Assembly: GCA_004297725.1 (NCBI GenBank) | Contig: SCUS01000042.1 | Location: 1,048 to 65,047 of the forward strand | Source of the DNA: Myxococcaceae bacterium | GTDB taxonomy: Bacteria > Myxococcota_A > Polyangia > Polyangiales > Ga0077539 | Direction: 5' to 3' | DNA length: 64,000 bases | Part shown: positions 1-10,558 of the stretch, piece by piece | Layout: every line of letters begins with the position of its first letter | Position numbering within the stretch: position 1 is the stretch's first letter | Notes under the pieces: model-generated | Database searches by the model: none | Told to the model about the DNA's origin: nothing | What the model saw: the letters and a program-made list of their open reading frames with translations, nothing else | Program-made: the position numbers and the translations under genes

Positions 1-87
1 CACGTCATCGACCTGGTGCGGCGCGCGGGCGTGACCAAGTTCGCCATCCAGACGCAGGCCGAGGGCAACGCCGAGGTCACGCCGTGA
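1..87 (+). CDS. ExbD/TolR-family biopolymer transport protein, C-terminal fragment (5' end outside window)
   Basis: Frame +1 is open from base 1 and reads HVIDLVRRAGVTKFAIQTQAEGNAEVTP*. The stop TGA at 85-87 overlaps the GTG start of the downstream TonB-like gene (GTGA). The slot directly upstream of tonB is the usual exbD position. Confidence 0.5.
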   Translation, partial: HVIDLVRRAGVTKFAIQTQAEGNAEVTP

Positions 88-929
88 ATCTCGGCCCGGT
101 GCACGCGCCGCGGTCCAGGGTCGCCCGGGGGTTCGAGGGCCCCCAGAGGCTGCCCGGATCCCTGGCTGGCGCGGTGGCGCTGCACGGGCTTCTGGCGCTG
201 CTGCTGGTGGCCCTCAGCCGCATGGGGAGTCCGCATGAGCTCCCTGTCCCGGTGGTCTCCGAGGTCGACATCGAGGTGCCGCCTCCGCCTCCGCCTCCGC
301 CTCCGCCACCCGAGCCTCCGCCGCCTCCGCCTCCAGCGGCCGAGCCTCCTCCGCCGCCACCGGTGGCGAGGGCTGCTCCTGCGCCGCGCGCGCCCACCCC
401 TGCGCCCCCTCCGCCGCCCCCTGCGCCTACCGCGCCGCCTCCGCTGATGGTCGCCGAGGAGCAGTCCAACGAGCCGTCGACGGACACCGTGGCCACCGGC
501 ACCAACACCAACTTCCGCGGCGGAGACATCGCCAACAACGGCGTGGCCAACCAGGGTCCGGTGCGCAACGCCGACCCCAACGGGGTCCCCGGCGGAACAG
601 GCACCCGACCGGCCCCCCCGTCGACGGTGCCCGACACCGACCTCAGCGAGCGTCCCCGCATCGAGTGCGACGAAGACTCGCTCCGGAATTTCTTCCCCGA
701 TGAGGCCCAGGAGCGCGGGCTCACGGGCATGCGGGTGAGGGTTCGGGTGAGCGTCGACGCCGGCGGCCACATCACCCGCGCGCAGGCGATGGAAGACCCG
801 GGCTTCGGGCTCGGCCGCGCCGCCGAGCGCGCCGTGATGAACGGCTGTCGCGCCACCACGCCCCGCTCCAGGGACGGCCGGGCGGTCTCCACGGTGACCA
901 CCTTCCGTCTCAACTTCGAGCTGGAGTAA
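84..929 (+). CDS. TonB-family energy transducer
   Basis: N-terminal membrane anchor (LHGLLALLLVAL). Long poly-Pro/Ala linker (PPPPPPPPPPPEPPPPPPPAAEPPPPPP). C-terminal TonB-C-like domain (GMRVRVRVSVDAGGHITRAQ...VSTVTTFRLNFEL). Confidence 0.8.
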   Translation: MNLGPVHAPRSRVARGFEGPQRLPGSLAGAVALHGLLALLLVALSRMGSPHELPVPVVSEVDIEVPPPPPPPPPPPEPPPPPPPAAEPPPPPPVARAAPAPRAPTPAPPPPPPAPTAPPPLMVAEEQSNEPSTDTVATGTNTNFRGGDIANNGVANQGPVRNADPNGVPGGTGTRPAPPSTVPDTDLSERPRIECDEDSLRNFFPDEAQERGLTGMRVRVRVSVDAGGHITRAQAMEDPGFGLGRAAERAVMNGCRATTPRSRDGRAVSTVTTFRLNFELE

Positions 930-1040
930 CGCCCGGTCTCGTTCGCGCTTCGCGCTTGAGTCGGGCCGTCGCTCCGGGCGACACTGGACGCGGCGCGCCG
1001 GCGGCTCAACGGTGGCGGCGCACCCTCTGGAGGACGTCTC

Positions 1041-2993
1041 ATGCCCAAGCGGCGATTGGCGATGGTGTCGGGTCTCGCGGCGCTGTTCATGGCGCTTCCC
1101 GCGAGCGCTCAGACAGGTTCAGCTCCCTACGACACCAATATCGACTTCCAGCAGTTTCGCCCTGCGCCGGGGCCGTACAACTTCTTCACGGTGCAGGGCA
1201 GCCGCGTCGAGGGGCGCACCGCGCTCTCGCTGGGCGCCTGGGCCAATTACGCCTACCGCCCGCTGACGATCTTCGACGCCAACTGCCCGAGCGCCGTCAA
1301 CGACTCGGGCTGCACCATCGGCGCGGTCCGCTCTCGCCCCATCGAGCACCTCGCGACGCTCAACCTCCTCGTCGGGGTCACGCTCGCCAACCGAATCCTC
1401 CTCTCCGTCGACCTGCCGCTCACCGTAGAGACCGGGCAGGCGGTGGAGCGCAGCAGCGGCCGCCCCGTGCTCGACGCCTCCAGCACCGTGCAGTCCCAGA
1501 GCGCCGGCGGCCTCGGCGATCCCCGCATCGAGGCGAAGGTGCGCCTCGCGGGCTCCGGCCTCACCGGCGCCGGGCTCGCGGTGAGCGGATTCGTGACCGT
1601 CCCCATCGGGCAGTCTGCGGGCGCGGGAGACCACTTCGTCGCCGATCACAGCGCCACCTTCGGGGGTCGGCTCATCGGCGAGTACCGCCGCGGCCGCTTC
1701 GCCGTCGCGCTCAACCTCGGCGCCCTCGGTCGGCCCAGCACGCTCACGCTCTTCTCCACCGAGGTCGGCACCCGGCTCACCTGGGGCGCCGCGGTCGGCT
1801 TCGACATCTCGACCCGCCTCGCCGTCATGGCCGAGGGCTTCGGCGCCTCCGACCTGAGCAGCGCGCTGCAGAACAACAACGCCGAGGTGCTCGCGGGCGC
1901 GCGCTACCGCTTCAACGACCTGACCTTCACCGCGGGCGGCGGCAGCGGCGTGCTGCGCGGGGCGGGCTCTCCGGTGGCGCGGGCCTTCCTCGGGGTCTCC
2001 TGGGCCCCCTACCGGGTCGACAACGACAGCGACGGCGTGGGTGACAACGTCGACCGCTGCCCCACCGAGGCCGAAGACGCCGACGGCTACGAGGACGACG
2101 ACGGCTGCCCCGAGGTGGACAACGACGGCGACGGCATCCACGACGCCGCCGATCGCTGCCCCGACCAGCCCGAAGACCGCGACAACTTCCAGGACTCCGA
2201 CGGCTGCCCCGACCTCGACAACGACAACGACGGCGTCCCCGACGGGTACGACACCTGCCCGAGGGAGCCCGAAGACCGCGACGGCGACCACGACGAGGAC
2301 GGCTGCCCCGACAACGACCGCGACCGCGACGGCGTGCCCGACGATCGCGACCGATGCCCCGGCGAGCCGGAGGACACCGATGGCTTCCGCGACGAGGACG
2401 GCTGCCCCGACCCGGACAACGACGGCGACGGCATCCCTGACGCGGAAGACCAGTGCAGCGACCAGGCGGGCCCCGCCTCGGGCCATGGCTGCCCCGCGCA
2501 GTCCGCCGACCGTGACCGCGACGGTGTGCCCGACCAGAGCGACCGCTGCCCCGAGCAGGCGGAGACCGTCAACGGCGTCGACGACGCCGACGGCTGCCCC
2601 GAGCAGGCCGCGCCCTCGCTGGCGCAGATCGTCGGCGACCAGATCCAGGTGACGGGTACGGTGAACTTCTCCCGCTCCCGCGACGGCATCGAAGGGGACG
2701 AGAGCTTCCGGGTGCTGGAGTCGGTGCTCACCATCCTTCGCACCCACCCGGAGATCGCGCGCGTCGAGGTGCAGGGGCACACCGACAACGTCGGCAACGC
2801 CGAGCGCAACACGGCGCTCTCCGAGCGACGCGCCGAGGCGGTGCGCCGCTGGCTGGTCGAGCACGGCATCGAGGCCGGTCGCATCACGGCGCGCGGGTTC
2901 GGTCCGGCCCGGCCCATCGAGTCCAACAGCAGCGATGCGGGCCGTGCGCGCAACCGGCGCGTGGAGTTCCTCATCCTGCCGGCGACCCCTTAG
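1041..2993 (+). CDS. OmpA-family outer membrane protein with thrombospondin type-3 (Ca-binding) repeats
   Basis: Signal peptide ending ALPASAQT. About 12 DxDxDGxxDxxDxCP repeats. C-terminal OmpA/MotB peptidoglycan-binding domain (VEVQGHTDNVGNAERNTALSERRAEAVRRWLVEHGI...NRRVEFLI). Confidence 0.9.
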   Translation: MPKRRLAMVSGLAALFMALPASAQTGSAPYDTNIDFQQFRPAPGPYNFFTVQGSRVEGRTALSLGAWANYAYRPLTIFDANCPSAVNDSGCTIGAVRSRPIEHLATLNLLVGVTLANRILLSVDLPLTVETGQAVERSSGRPVLDASSTVQSQSAGGLGDPRIEAKVRLAGSGLTGAGLAVSGFVTVPIGQSAGAGDHFVADHSATFGGRLIGEYRRGRFAVALNLGALGRPSTLTLFSTEVGTRLTWGAAVGFDISTRLAVMAEGFGASDLSSALQNNNAEVLAGARYRFNDLTFTAGGGSGVLRGAGSPVARAFLGVSWAPYRVDNDSDGVGDNVDRCPTEAEDADGYEDDDGCPEVDNDGDGIHDAADRCPDQPEDRDNFQDSDGCPDLDNDNDGVPDGYDTCPREPEDRDGDHDEDGCPDNDRDRDGVPDDRDRCPGEPEDTDGFRDEDGCPDPDNDGDGIPDAEDQCSDQAGPASGHGCPAQSADRDRDGVPDQSDRCPEQAETVNGVDDADGCPEQAAPSLAQIVGDQIQVTGTVNFSRSRDGIEGDESFRVLESVLTILRTHPEIARVEVQGHTDNVGNAERNTALSERRAEAVRRWLVEHGIEAGRITARGFGPARPIESNSSDAGRARNRRVEFLILPATP

Positions 2994-3065
2994 CCCCCCC
3001 GTCCCTCCGCTCCCCTCCAGCCAGGAACTTGCCTCTCGCCCGCCGGGTCGGATACCGCGGCACCC

Positions 3066-3620
3066 ATGCGGCGCGCGCTCGGTCTCCTCCTTTCGACGGT
3101 GCTCCTGGGCGGCTGCGACGACGCCACGGAGGGCGAGCGGCTGGGCGTCTACTCGGTGATCGCCACTCGCACCCAGGACACCTGCGGATCGCAGCTGTCC
3201 GGCAAGGTCCAGCGGGCGCAGTTCAACGTGGTGCTGTCGCTGCGGCAGGGCGTGCTCCAGTGGACCCCCGCGGGAGCAAACGCCGCCAGCGGCACCTACA
3301 ACGTCTTCCAGGGCACCTTCCGCATCGCGGTCGAGGCCTCCACGCAGATGATCGCGCCCGACCGCCGGAGGGAGTTCCCGGGCTGCGTGTTGCGTCGGGT
3401 CGACGTGATCGAGGGCGCGGTCACGTCGAGCGCTGATGCGGGCGCGATGGCCAACGTCGACGCCGGCACGGTGCTCACGGGCTTCCAGGCCCAGGAGACC
3501 ATCGCCTACGGCACCGAGAGCGGCGACTGCTCGCCGCTGATCGGGGTCGGCGGGGGGCAGGCCTTCGCGCTGCCCTGCACCGTGGGCTACCGGATGGAAG
3601 CGACCCGCGTCGGCCCCTGA
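3066..3620 (+). CDS. Hypothetical lipoprotein
   Basis: Lipobox LLGGC after a short basic N-region. High GC3 frame. No recognised catalytic motif. Confidence 0.6.
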   Translation: MRRALGLLLSTVLLGGCDDATEGERLGVYSVIATRTQDTCGSQLSGKVQRAQFNVVLSLRQGVLQWTPAGANAASGTYNVFQGTFRIAVEASTQMIAPDRRREFPGCVLRRVDVIEGAVTSSADAGAMANVDAGTVLTGFQAQETIAYGTESGDCSPLIGVGGGQAFALPCTVGYRMEATRVGP

Positions 3621-3632
3621 GGCGCCGTCGGC

Positions 3633-5375
3633 TCAGTCGTCGCTGCTGGCGTGGTCGCCGTGGTCGTGCAGGTCGATCACCTCGGCGCCGCGCTTCTGCG
3701 CCAGGATGATCAGCTCGCGTGACGACGGGCCGAAGAACGCGCCCGGCGTGCGCACGTGGCCGCTCACCTCGAGGATGCGGAAGCCCGACTGGTGCAGCAG
3801 CTGCCCGAGCTCATGCAGGGAGTACAGCCGCACGGAGTACTCGATCTCCCGCTGGCGCCCGTCGTCGAAGATCACCGTGCGCTTCACGTTGAGTCGAGAG
3901 GTGATGTAGTTCACCGAGCTCTCCTCCATGCAGACGCATCCGTCGCCCTCGAACCACGCCATCGCGGGCTGCGACTGGATCGCGTGGTCGCGGTTGATCA
4001 CCTGAAGGAGGAAGGTGCCGTTGTCCTTGAGCGCGCGGTGGATGCGCGTGGCGACGTCGGCGTTGCGCTGGTCGTCGAAGTAGCCGAACGACGAGCCCAC
4101 GCAGAACGCCGCGTCGAAGCACTCCTCGTAGTCGAGCGCGAGCATGTCGACGACGGAGAAGGCGGGCTGTCGGGGAGCGCCGAGGCAGTGGCTCTGCGCG
4201 CGCTGCACCATCGTGGGCGAGAGGTCGACGCCGGTGACGTCGTAGCCGCGCTGCGACAGCGCGATCGCGTGGCGGCCCACGCCGCAGCCGACGTCGAGCA
4301 CCGCGGCGCCCCCCTCGACCCCGAGGGCGTGCTCGATCCAGTCGGCCTCTGCGACGATCTGCGCAGGGTTGAGCGGGGTGACGGTGCGGAGGTAGTCGTC
4401 GTTGAAGAGCTCCTCCCACCAGTGACGACGGCGGCGCCGGGGCTGCTCCGGCACCGTCACCGCGAGGGGACGGGCGGCGAGGGGCGGCGGCGGCGGCGCG
4501 GGCGGGCGGACCGAGCGGCTCGGCGGCTCTGGCGGCGGCGGCGGGATGCGGCTCGGCGAGACCCGCGGGGCGTGCGCCTCCTGGCCGATGGGCAGGTCGG
4601 CGAGGTCGTCGAGCAGCGCCAGCGAGGGGTCGCTCGACCGGATCGTCGGCATCTCGTCGTCGGGGTCGATGGTGAACTCGAAGGCGTCGTCGGAGGGCGG
4701 GACCGCGGCGACGAGGGCCTGCGGGACCGCGGGCGCGCGCGGGACCGCGATGCTCGGCGGCGGCATCGGGTCGGGGATCGGGGGGATGGTGGGCGCGGTG
4801 AAGATCGACGCGGCGTTGGCGGAGATCATCGCCGGGCGGGCGGGAGCGCGCGGCGGGGGCGGTCGGCTGGGGCGGACGGCGACGCCGGACTCCGTCGGGG
4901 GCGCGGGCGGCGGCGTCGAGGGCGACCGGGCGGGCGAGGGGACCATCGCGGCCCGGGGCGTATCGAAGGCGTCGTACGACGACGGCGGCGGCGCGTCGGA
5001 GCCGACCTTGCGGATGCGTCGACGCACCACGCGCATGCTCGACTCCGCGGCGATCGGCGCGACCGGAGCGACGGGCGGCGGCGGCATGGTGATCATCGCC
5101 GACTCGGTCTCCGAGACCGAGACCTCGACCTCGTCGCTGGCGGTGATCTCCACGTCGCTGCCCGTGTCGAGCAACACCGGGGTGTCAGAGAGCAGCGGCT
5201 CGTGTTCGAGGTCGGGCAGGTCGAGCTCGGAGGGCGGAGGGGCCGAGGAGAGGGCGCCGTGCGTCCCGGTCGGGATGCGCAGCCCGCGGCGGCTCTTGCG
5301 CAGGCGCCGCTCGCCGTCGGCCGGGGGGGCTTCAGAGTCCGGGCCATTCGGCGGATCGAGGCTGCGCTCATTCAT
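3633..5375 (-). CDS. Class I SAM-dependent methyltransferase with an approximately 300-aa Pro/Ala-rich N-terminal extension
   Basis: C-terminal SAM motif I/II (AAVLDVGCGVGRHAIALSQRGYDVTGVDLSPTMV). The N-terminal two thirds are low-complexity and proline-rich. The ATG shares one base with the psd stop (TGATG at 5373-5377). Confidence 0.75.
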   Translation of the reverse strand: MNERSLDPPNGPDSEAPPADGERRLRKSRRGLRIPTGTHGALSSAPPPSELDLPDLEHEPLLSDTPVLLDTGSDVEITASDEVEVSVSETESAMITMPPPPVAPVAPIAAESSMRVVRRRIRKVGSDAPPPSSYDAFDTPRAAMVPSPARSPSTPPPAPPTESGVAVRPSRPPPPRAPARPAMISANAASIFTAPTIPPIPDPMPPPSIAVPRAPAVPQALVAAVPPSDDAFEFTIDPDDEMPTIRSSDPSLALLDDLADLPIGQEAHAPRVSPSRIPPPPPEPPSRSVRPPAPPPPPLAARPLAVTVPEQPRRRRRHWWEELFNDDYLRTVTPLNPAQIVAEADWIEHALGVEGGAAVLDVGCGVGRHAIALSQRGYDVTGVDLSPTMVQRAQSHCLGAPRQPAFSVVDMLALDYEECFDAAFCVGSSFGYFDDQRNADVATRIHRALKDNGTFLLQVINRDHAIQSQPAMAWFEGDGCVCMEESSVNYITSRLNVKRTVIFDDGRQREIEYSVRLYSLHELGQLLHQSGFRILEVSGHVRTPGAFFGPSSRELIILAQKRGAEVIDLHDHGDHASSDD

Positions 5376-6256
5376 CAGGACGCTTCTCCATCGCGTGCGC
5401 GCGCCACCGCGTCCCCGACGCGCACCGGCGTCGGATCGACACCCCGCGCGGCCTCCCAGCGACCATGCGCCGCCGGGCCGAGGAGCACCACCACAGTCGA
5501 ACCGAGCTGGAAGGCTCCCAGCTCGTCGCCCTTCTCCAGCGTCGGCCTCGCGTCGCCCTCGAAGGCGCGCACCGCCGAGCGACCCCCGAGCTCGGGCCGC
5601 GGCGGCGCCTCGATGGTCAGGGTGATCTTGCCGACCACGAAGGCGCCGACGAAGACCACCGCGGCGGGGCCGAGCTCGGTGTCGACGTGAACCACCACCC
5701 GCTCGTTGCGCGCGAAGAGCCCGGGCACCGTGCGCACGCCCATCTCGTTGACCGGGAAGAGGTCGCCGGGGATGTGCCGCACCTCGCGCACGCGCCCGGC
5801 CACGGGGCTGTGCACCCGGTGGTAGTCGCGAGGCGACAGATACACGATGAAGTAATGCCCGCCCTCGTAGGCGCGCGCGGCCGCGGGGTCATCGAGCAGC
5901 GTGGCGGCGTCGTAGGACTGACCCTTCACGGTGAAGCGGCGGTCGGCGGAGACGGGGCCGCTGTCGTCGAGGCGCCCGTCGGCGGGGGAGACCACCGTGG
6001 CGGGATCGGGGTCGACGGTGTGGATTCCCGGGCGAAGCTGACGGGTGAAGAACTCGTTGAAGCTGCGGAAGCCCCCTTCGGGGACCACCGCCTCGTCGAG
6101 CGCGACGTCGTAGGCGCGGGAGTAGAGGTCGAGCACCGGGCGCAGCACCGGCCGCGGGATACGCGCCTCGGTAAAGCGCCCGAGCGCGCGGGTGATGCGC
6201 CCTCGGGGGAGGAGGTGCAGGAGGGAGGCGGCGGCGCGCGAACGGAGGGGAACCAT
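5375..6256 (-). CDS. psd: Phosphatidylserine decarboxylase proenzyme
   Basis: Family hallmarks are FFTRQLRPG, VSPADGRL, YLSPRDYHRVHSP and the C-terminal autocleavage site FQLGSTVV (LGST). Confidence 0.9.
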   Translation of the reverse strand: MVPLRSRAAASLLHLLPRGRITRALGRFTEARIPRPVLRPVLDLYSRAYDVALDEAVVPEGGFRSFNEFFTRQLRPGIHTVDPDPATVVSPADGRLDDSGPVSADRRFTVKGQSYDAATLLDDPAAARAYEGGHYFIVYLSPRDYHRVHSPVAGRVREVRHIPGDLFPVNEMGVRTVPGLFARNERVVVHVDTELGPAAVVFVGAFVVGKITLTIEAPPRPELGGRSAVRAFEGDARPTLEKGDELGAFQLGSTVVVLLGPAAHGRWEAARGVDPTPVRVGDAVARARDGEAS

Positions 6257-6350
6257 CAGGATTGGGCTCTGCGCGTCGTCGACGCGTCGGGGAGCCTAGA
6301 ATGCCGCGCGAAGCGGGGTCAACAGATGACTCTCGCGCGCCGCGCAGGAA

Positions 6351-7775
<1,425 letters not shown>

Positions 7776-7800
7776 AGCAGTCTCGTCAGCTCCTCTGTTT

Positions 7801-8184
<384 letters not shown>

Positions 8185-8259
8185 TCATCCGCGCATCGGC
8201 CGAGCGGCCTCGTCGGTATACTCCGCGGTCTTCTGCATCCCCACGAAGGAGCCTCCGCG

Positions 8260-10449
8260 ATGCCCCGCCTCTCGTTGCTTCCGGCCGTCCTGGTCTTCCT
8301 CGCCCTGGTCGGCTGCTCGGACGGCGAGGTGCCGGTCTTCGTCGACGCGGGGACCATGGACGCGCCCGAGGCGGAGGTCTTCACCAGCCGCAACGACGTC
8401 AACGTCCCCGAGGCGCGAGGTCGCGTGTGCGACCGCAGCTCGCAGTGCGACGACGGCGTCCCCTGCACGATGGACTACTGCTCCTCCGACGGGCGCTGCG
8501 CCAACGTGCCGGACACCATGGCCTGCGACGACAACGTCTACTGCAACGGCCTGGAGACCTGCGACCTGCGCCGGGGCTGCGTGCGGGGCGCTCCGCTGGC
8601 CTGCGACGACAACGACGCCTGCACCACCGACCGCTGCGACGAGTCGACCCGCGCCTGTCAGCACAGCCCTCGCGACTTCGACCGCGACGGAGACCCCGAC
8701 ATCGGCTGCCGCTCCACGCAGTGCCCCGACGGCGGCGCGCCGGGCGACGACGCCGGGCTCTGCTGGGTGGGCTCGGACTGCGACGACCGCGACCCTCGGG
8801 TGAGCGGCACGCTCCCGGAGATCTGCGCCGACGGCGTCGACAACAACTGCAACGGCATGGTCGACACGCGCGAGCCCGGCGGCTGCGTGCGCCCGCCGCA
8901 CGACCGCTGCGACGACCCGCTGGACGTCTCCGCCGGAGGGCGCTTCACCGTCGCGATGGCGGGCACCACCGGGGACTACATGTTCCGCTGCGGGGGAGGG
9001 ACGCAGGGCAGGGACGCCGTGCTCCGGCTCAACCTCACCAGCCCTCGCGACGTGGCCGTGACGGCCCAGTCCCGCACGGGCTTCAGCCTCGTCTACCTGA
9101 TGATCCAGAACCGCTGCGGCTCGACCATGGCCGCCGACACCCGCGACTGCCTCCTCGGCTTTCCCACCGTCTGGCGCACGCACAGCCTCCCGGCCGGCGA
9201 GTACTTCTTCCTCCTCGGCACCTCCGCGGGAAGCACCGGCGCCGCGGCCGACGTCCTCGTCGACGTGCAGCTGAGCGACCCGGTCGCGCCCGCGGCCAAC
9301 GACACCTGCTCCACCCCCACGGAGATTCCCGCCGCGGGCGGAACCTTCCGCGGAGACCTCATCGGCGTCACCGACGACGTGAGCACCCGCTGCGGCTCGA
9401 CCACCCCCGACGTGCTCTACCGCATCACCCTCACCGAGCCCCGTGACCTCATCGCCCGCGCGGTCGGGAGCTCCACCGACGCGGTCACCGTCTCCCTGCT
9501 CGACCAGTGCACCCGCTCTCCGATGACCCTCCGCTGCGACAGCGGCACCATGCCCTCCTTCATCGCCCGCTCGCTCCCCGCGGGCACCTACTTCATCGCC
9601 GTAGAGGGCCGAGGCCTCCCGGCCTACACGCTCACCGTGGAGACCGCCGCGCCCTCGTCGCCGCCCCCGGGCGACACCTGCGCGAGCCCCCTCCCGCTCA
9701 CCGCGGGCACCGCCGCGCGCGGCTCGTTCATGCCCTTCGAGAGCGACCTTCCCATCTCCTGCAACAGCGGCTCGGCGCGCGACGTGGTCTACGCCTTCCA
9801 GCTCACCGAGCGCCTCGACGTCACGCTCACCGCGCGAGGCGGCAGCGGCGACTACTTCTACCTGGCCCTCCAGACGACGTGCGGCGAGCGCAGCAGCGAG
9901 CGCGGCTGCCGCGGCGGAGCGCCCTCCCGGCTCACGCTGCGCGGCCTCGACCCCGGGCGGTACTTCGTCGTCCTCCGGGGAACCCGCCCGGTGGACTACG
10001 AGCTGCTGCTCGAGACCCGGCCCGCGCTCGTGCCCACCGCGGTCACGGCCAACGAGACCTGCGAGACGGCGCAGGCGGTGCCGACCGGCGGCGGGCTCTA
10101 CTCGGGCGACACCTCCATGATGGCCCACGAGTACACCTACCCCTGCGCGAGCGGCTCGATGGCCGGCGACGCCGTCTACCGCTATCGCGTCGAGCGCTCG
10201 GGCCGGGTGCTCTTCTCCACCGAGGGGTCTTCCTTCGACACGGTGCTCTGGGTCACCCGCGCCGACGCCTGCCCCGGCTCGGCGCTGCCGGGCGTGACGT
10301 GCAACGACGACGGCCCGGGCATCGGGCTCTCCTCGTCGCTGGAGCTCACCCTCAGCCCCGGGGACTACTACGTCCACGTGAGCGGCCTCTACACCACCGC
10401 CCGGGGGATGTACTTCCTCGCCGTGACGCCCTCGACCGCAGCTCCCTGA
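8260..10449 (+). CDS. Secreted lipoprotein with a Cys-rich (MopE-like metal-binding motif) region plus four tandem ~125-aa PPC-like beta-sandwich modules
   Basis: AAGGAG lies 8 nt upstream of the ATG. Lipobox LVGC. Cys-rich segment with DCDDRDPRV...CADGVDNNCNGMVD. Four modules each open with [HNG][DE][RT]C..P and end with PG.Y...V. It is a paralogue of the 33865-36414 gene. Confidence 0.75.
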   Translation: MPRLSLLPAVLVFLALVGCSDGEVPVFVDAGTMDAPEAEVFTSRNDVNVPEARGRVCDRSSQCDDGVPCTMDYCSSDGRCANVPDTMACDDNVYCNGLETCDLRRGCVRGAPLACDDNDACTTDRCDESTRACQHSPRDFDRDGDPDIGCRSTQCPDGGAPGDDAGLCWVGSDCDDRDPRVSGTLPEICADGVDNNCNGMVDTREPGGCVRPPHDRCDDPLDVSAGGRFTVAMAGTTGDYMFRCGGGTQGRDAVLRLNLTSPRDVAVTAQSRTGFSLVYLMIQNRCGSTMAADTRDCLLGFPTVWRTHSLPAGEYFFLLGTSAGSTGAAADVLVDVQLSDPVAPAANDTCSTPTEIPAAGGTFRGDLIGVTDDVSTRCGSTTPDVLYRITLTEPRDLIARAVGSSTDAVTVSLLDQCTRSPMTLRCDSGTMPSFIARSLPAGTYFIAVEGRGLPAYTLTVETAAPSSPPPGDTCASPLPLTAGTAARGSFMPFESDLPISCNSGSARDVVYAFQLTERLDVTLTARGGSGDYFYLALQTTCGERSSERGCRGGAPSRLTLRGLDPGRYFVVLRGTRPVDYELLLETRPALVPTAVTANETCETAQAVPTGGGLYSGDTSMMAHEYTYPCASGSMAGDAVYRYRVERSGRVLFSTEGSSFDTVLWVTRADACPGSALPGVTCNDDGPGIGLSSSLELTLSPGDYYVHVSGLYTTARGMYFLAVTPSTAAP

Positions 10450-10558
10450 TCCCCCGCGTAGGAATCGGGGGGCCTCCCGGACACTCCCGCTCGGTGCACT
10501 CCGGCCCCATTCCGGGTCTGCGATCGCATCGCGCTCGAAAGGAGAAGTCCACCTCGCA

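Noticed and set aside
279-440. CCGCCT-type hexanucleotide repeats. Considered as a possible DNA repeat element.
   Set aside because: They simply encode the poly-Pro linker normal for TonB proteins.
77-1090. 337-aa minus-strand ORF antisense to the TonB-like gene.
   Set aside because: The translation is Gly/Ala/Arg/Ser low complexity and mirrors the poly-Pro codons of the sense strand. It has no motif or start context. This is a typical high-GC antisense artefact.
2030-2640. Periodic GAC/GGC-rich DNA. Considered as a possible repeat array.
   Set aside because: The periodicity is the protein-level thrombospondin type-3 Ca-binding repeat of the OmpA gene and not an independent DNA element.
1119-2864. 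581-aa minus-strand ORF antisense to the OmpA/TSP3 gene, plus the +2-frame ORFs at 956-2044 and 2041-2652.
   Set aside because: The translations are Arg/Ala/Val/Gly-rich and featureless. The plus frame at 1041-2993 carries unmistakable TSP3 and OmpA motifs.
3756-5690. 644-aa plus-strand ORF overlapping the methyltransferase and psd genes.
   Set aside because: The sequence is Arg/Gly/Asp/Val-dominated without motifs. The opposite strand encodes recognisable psd and SAM-MTase signatures.
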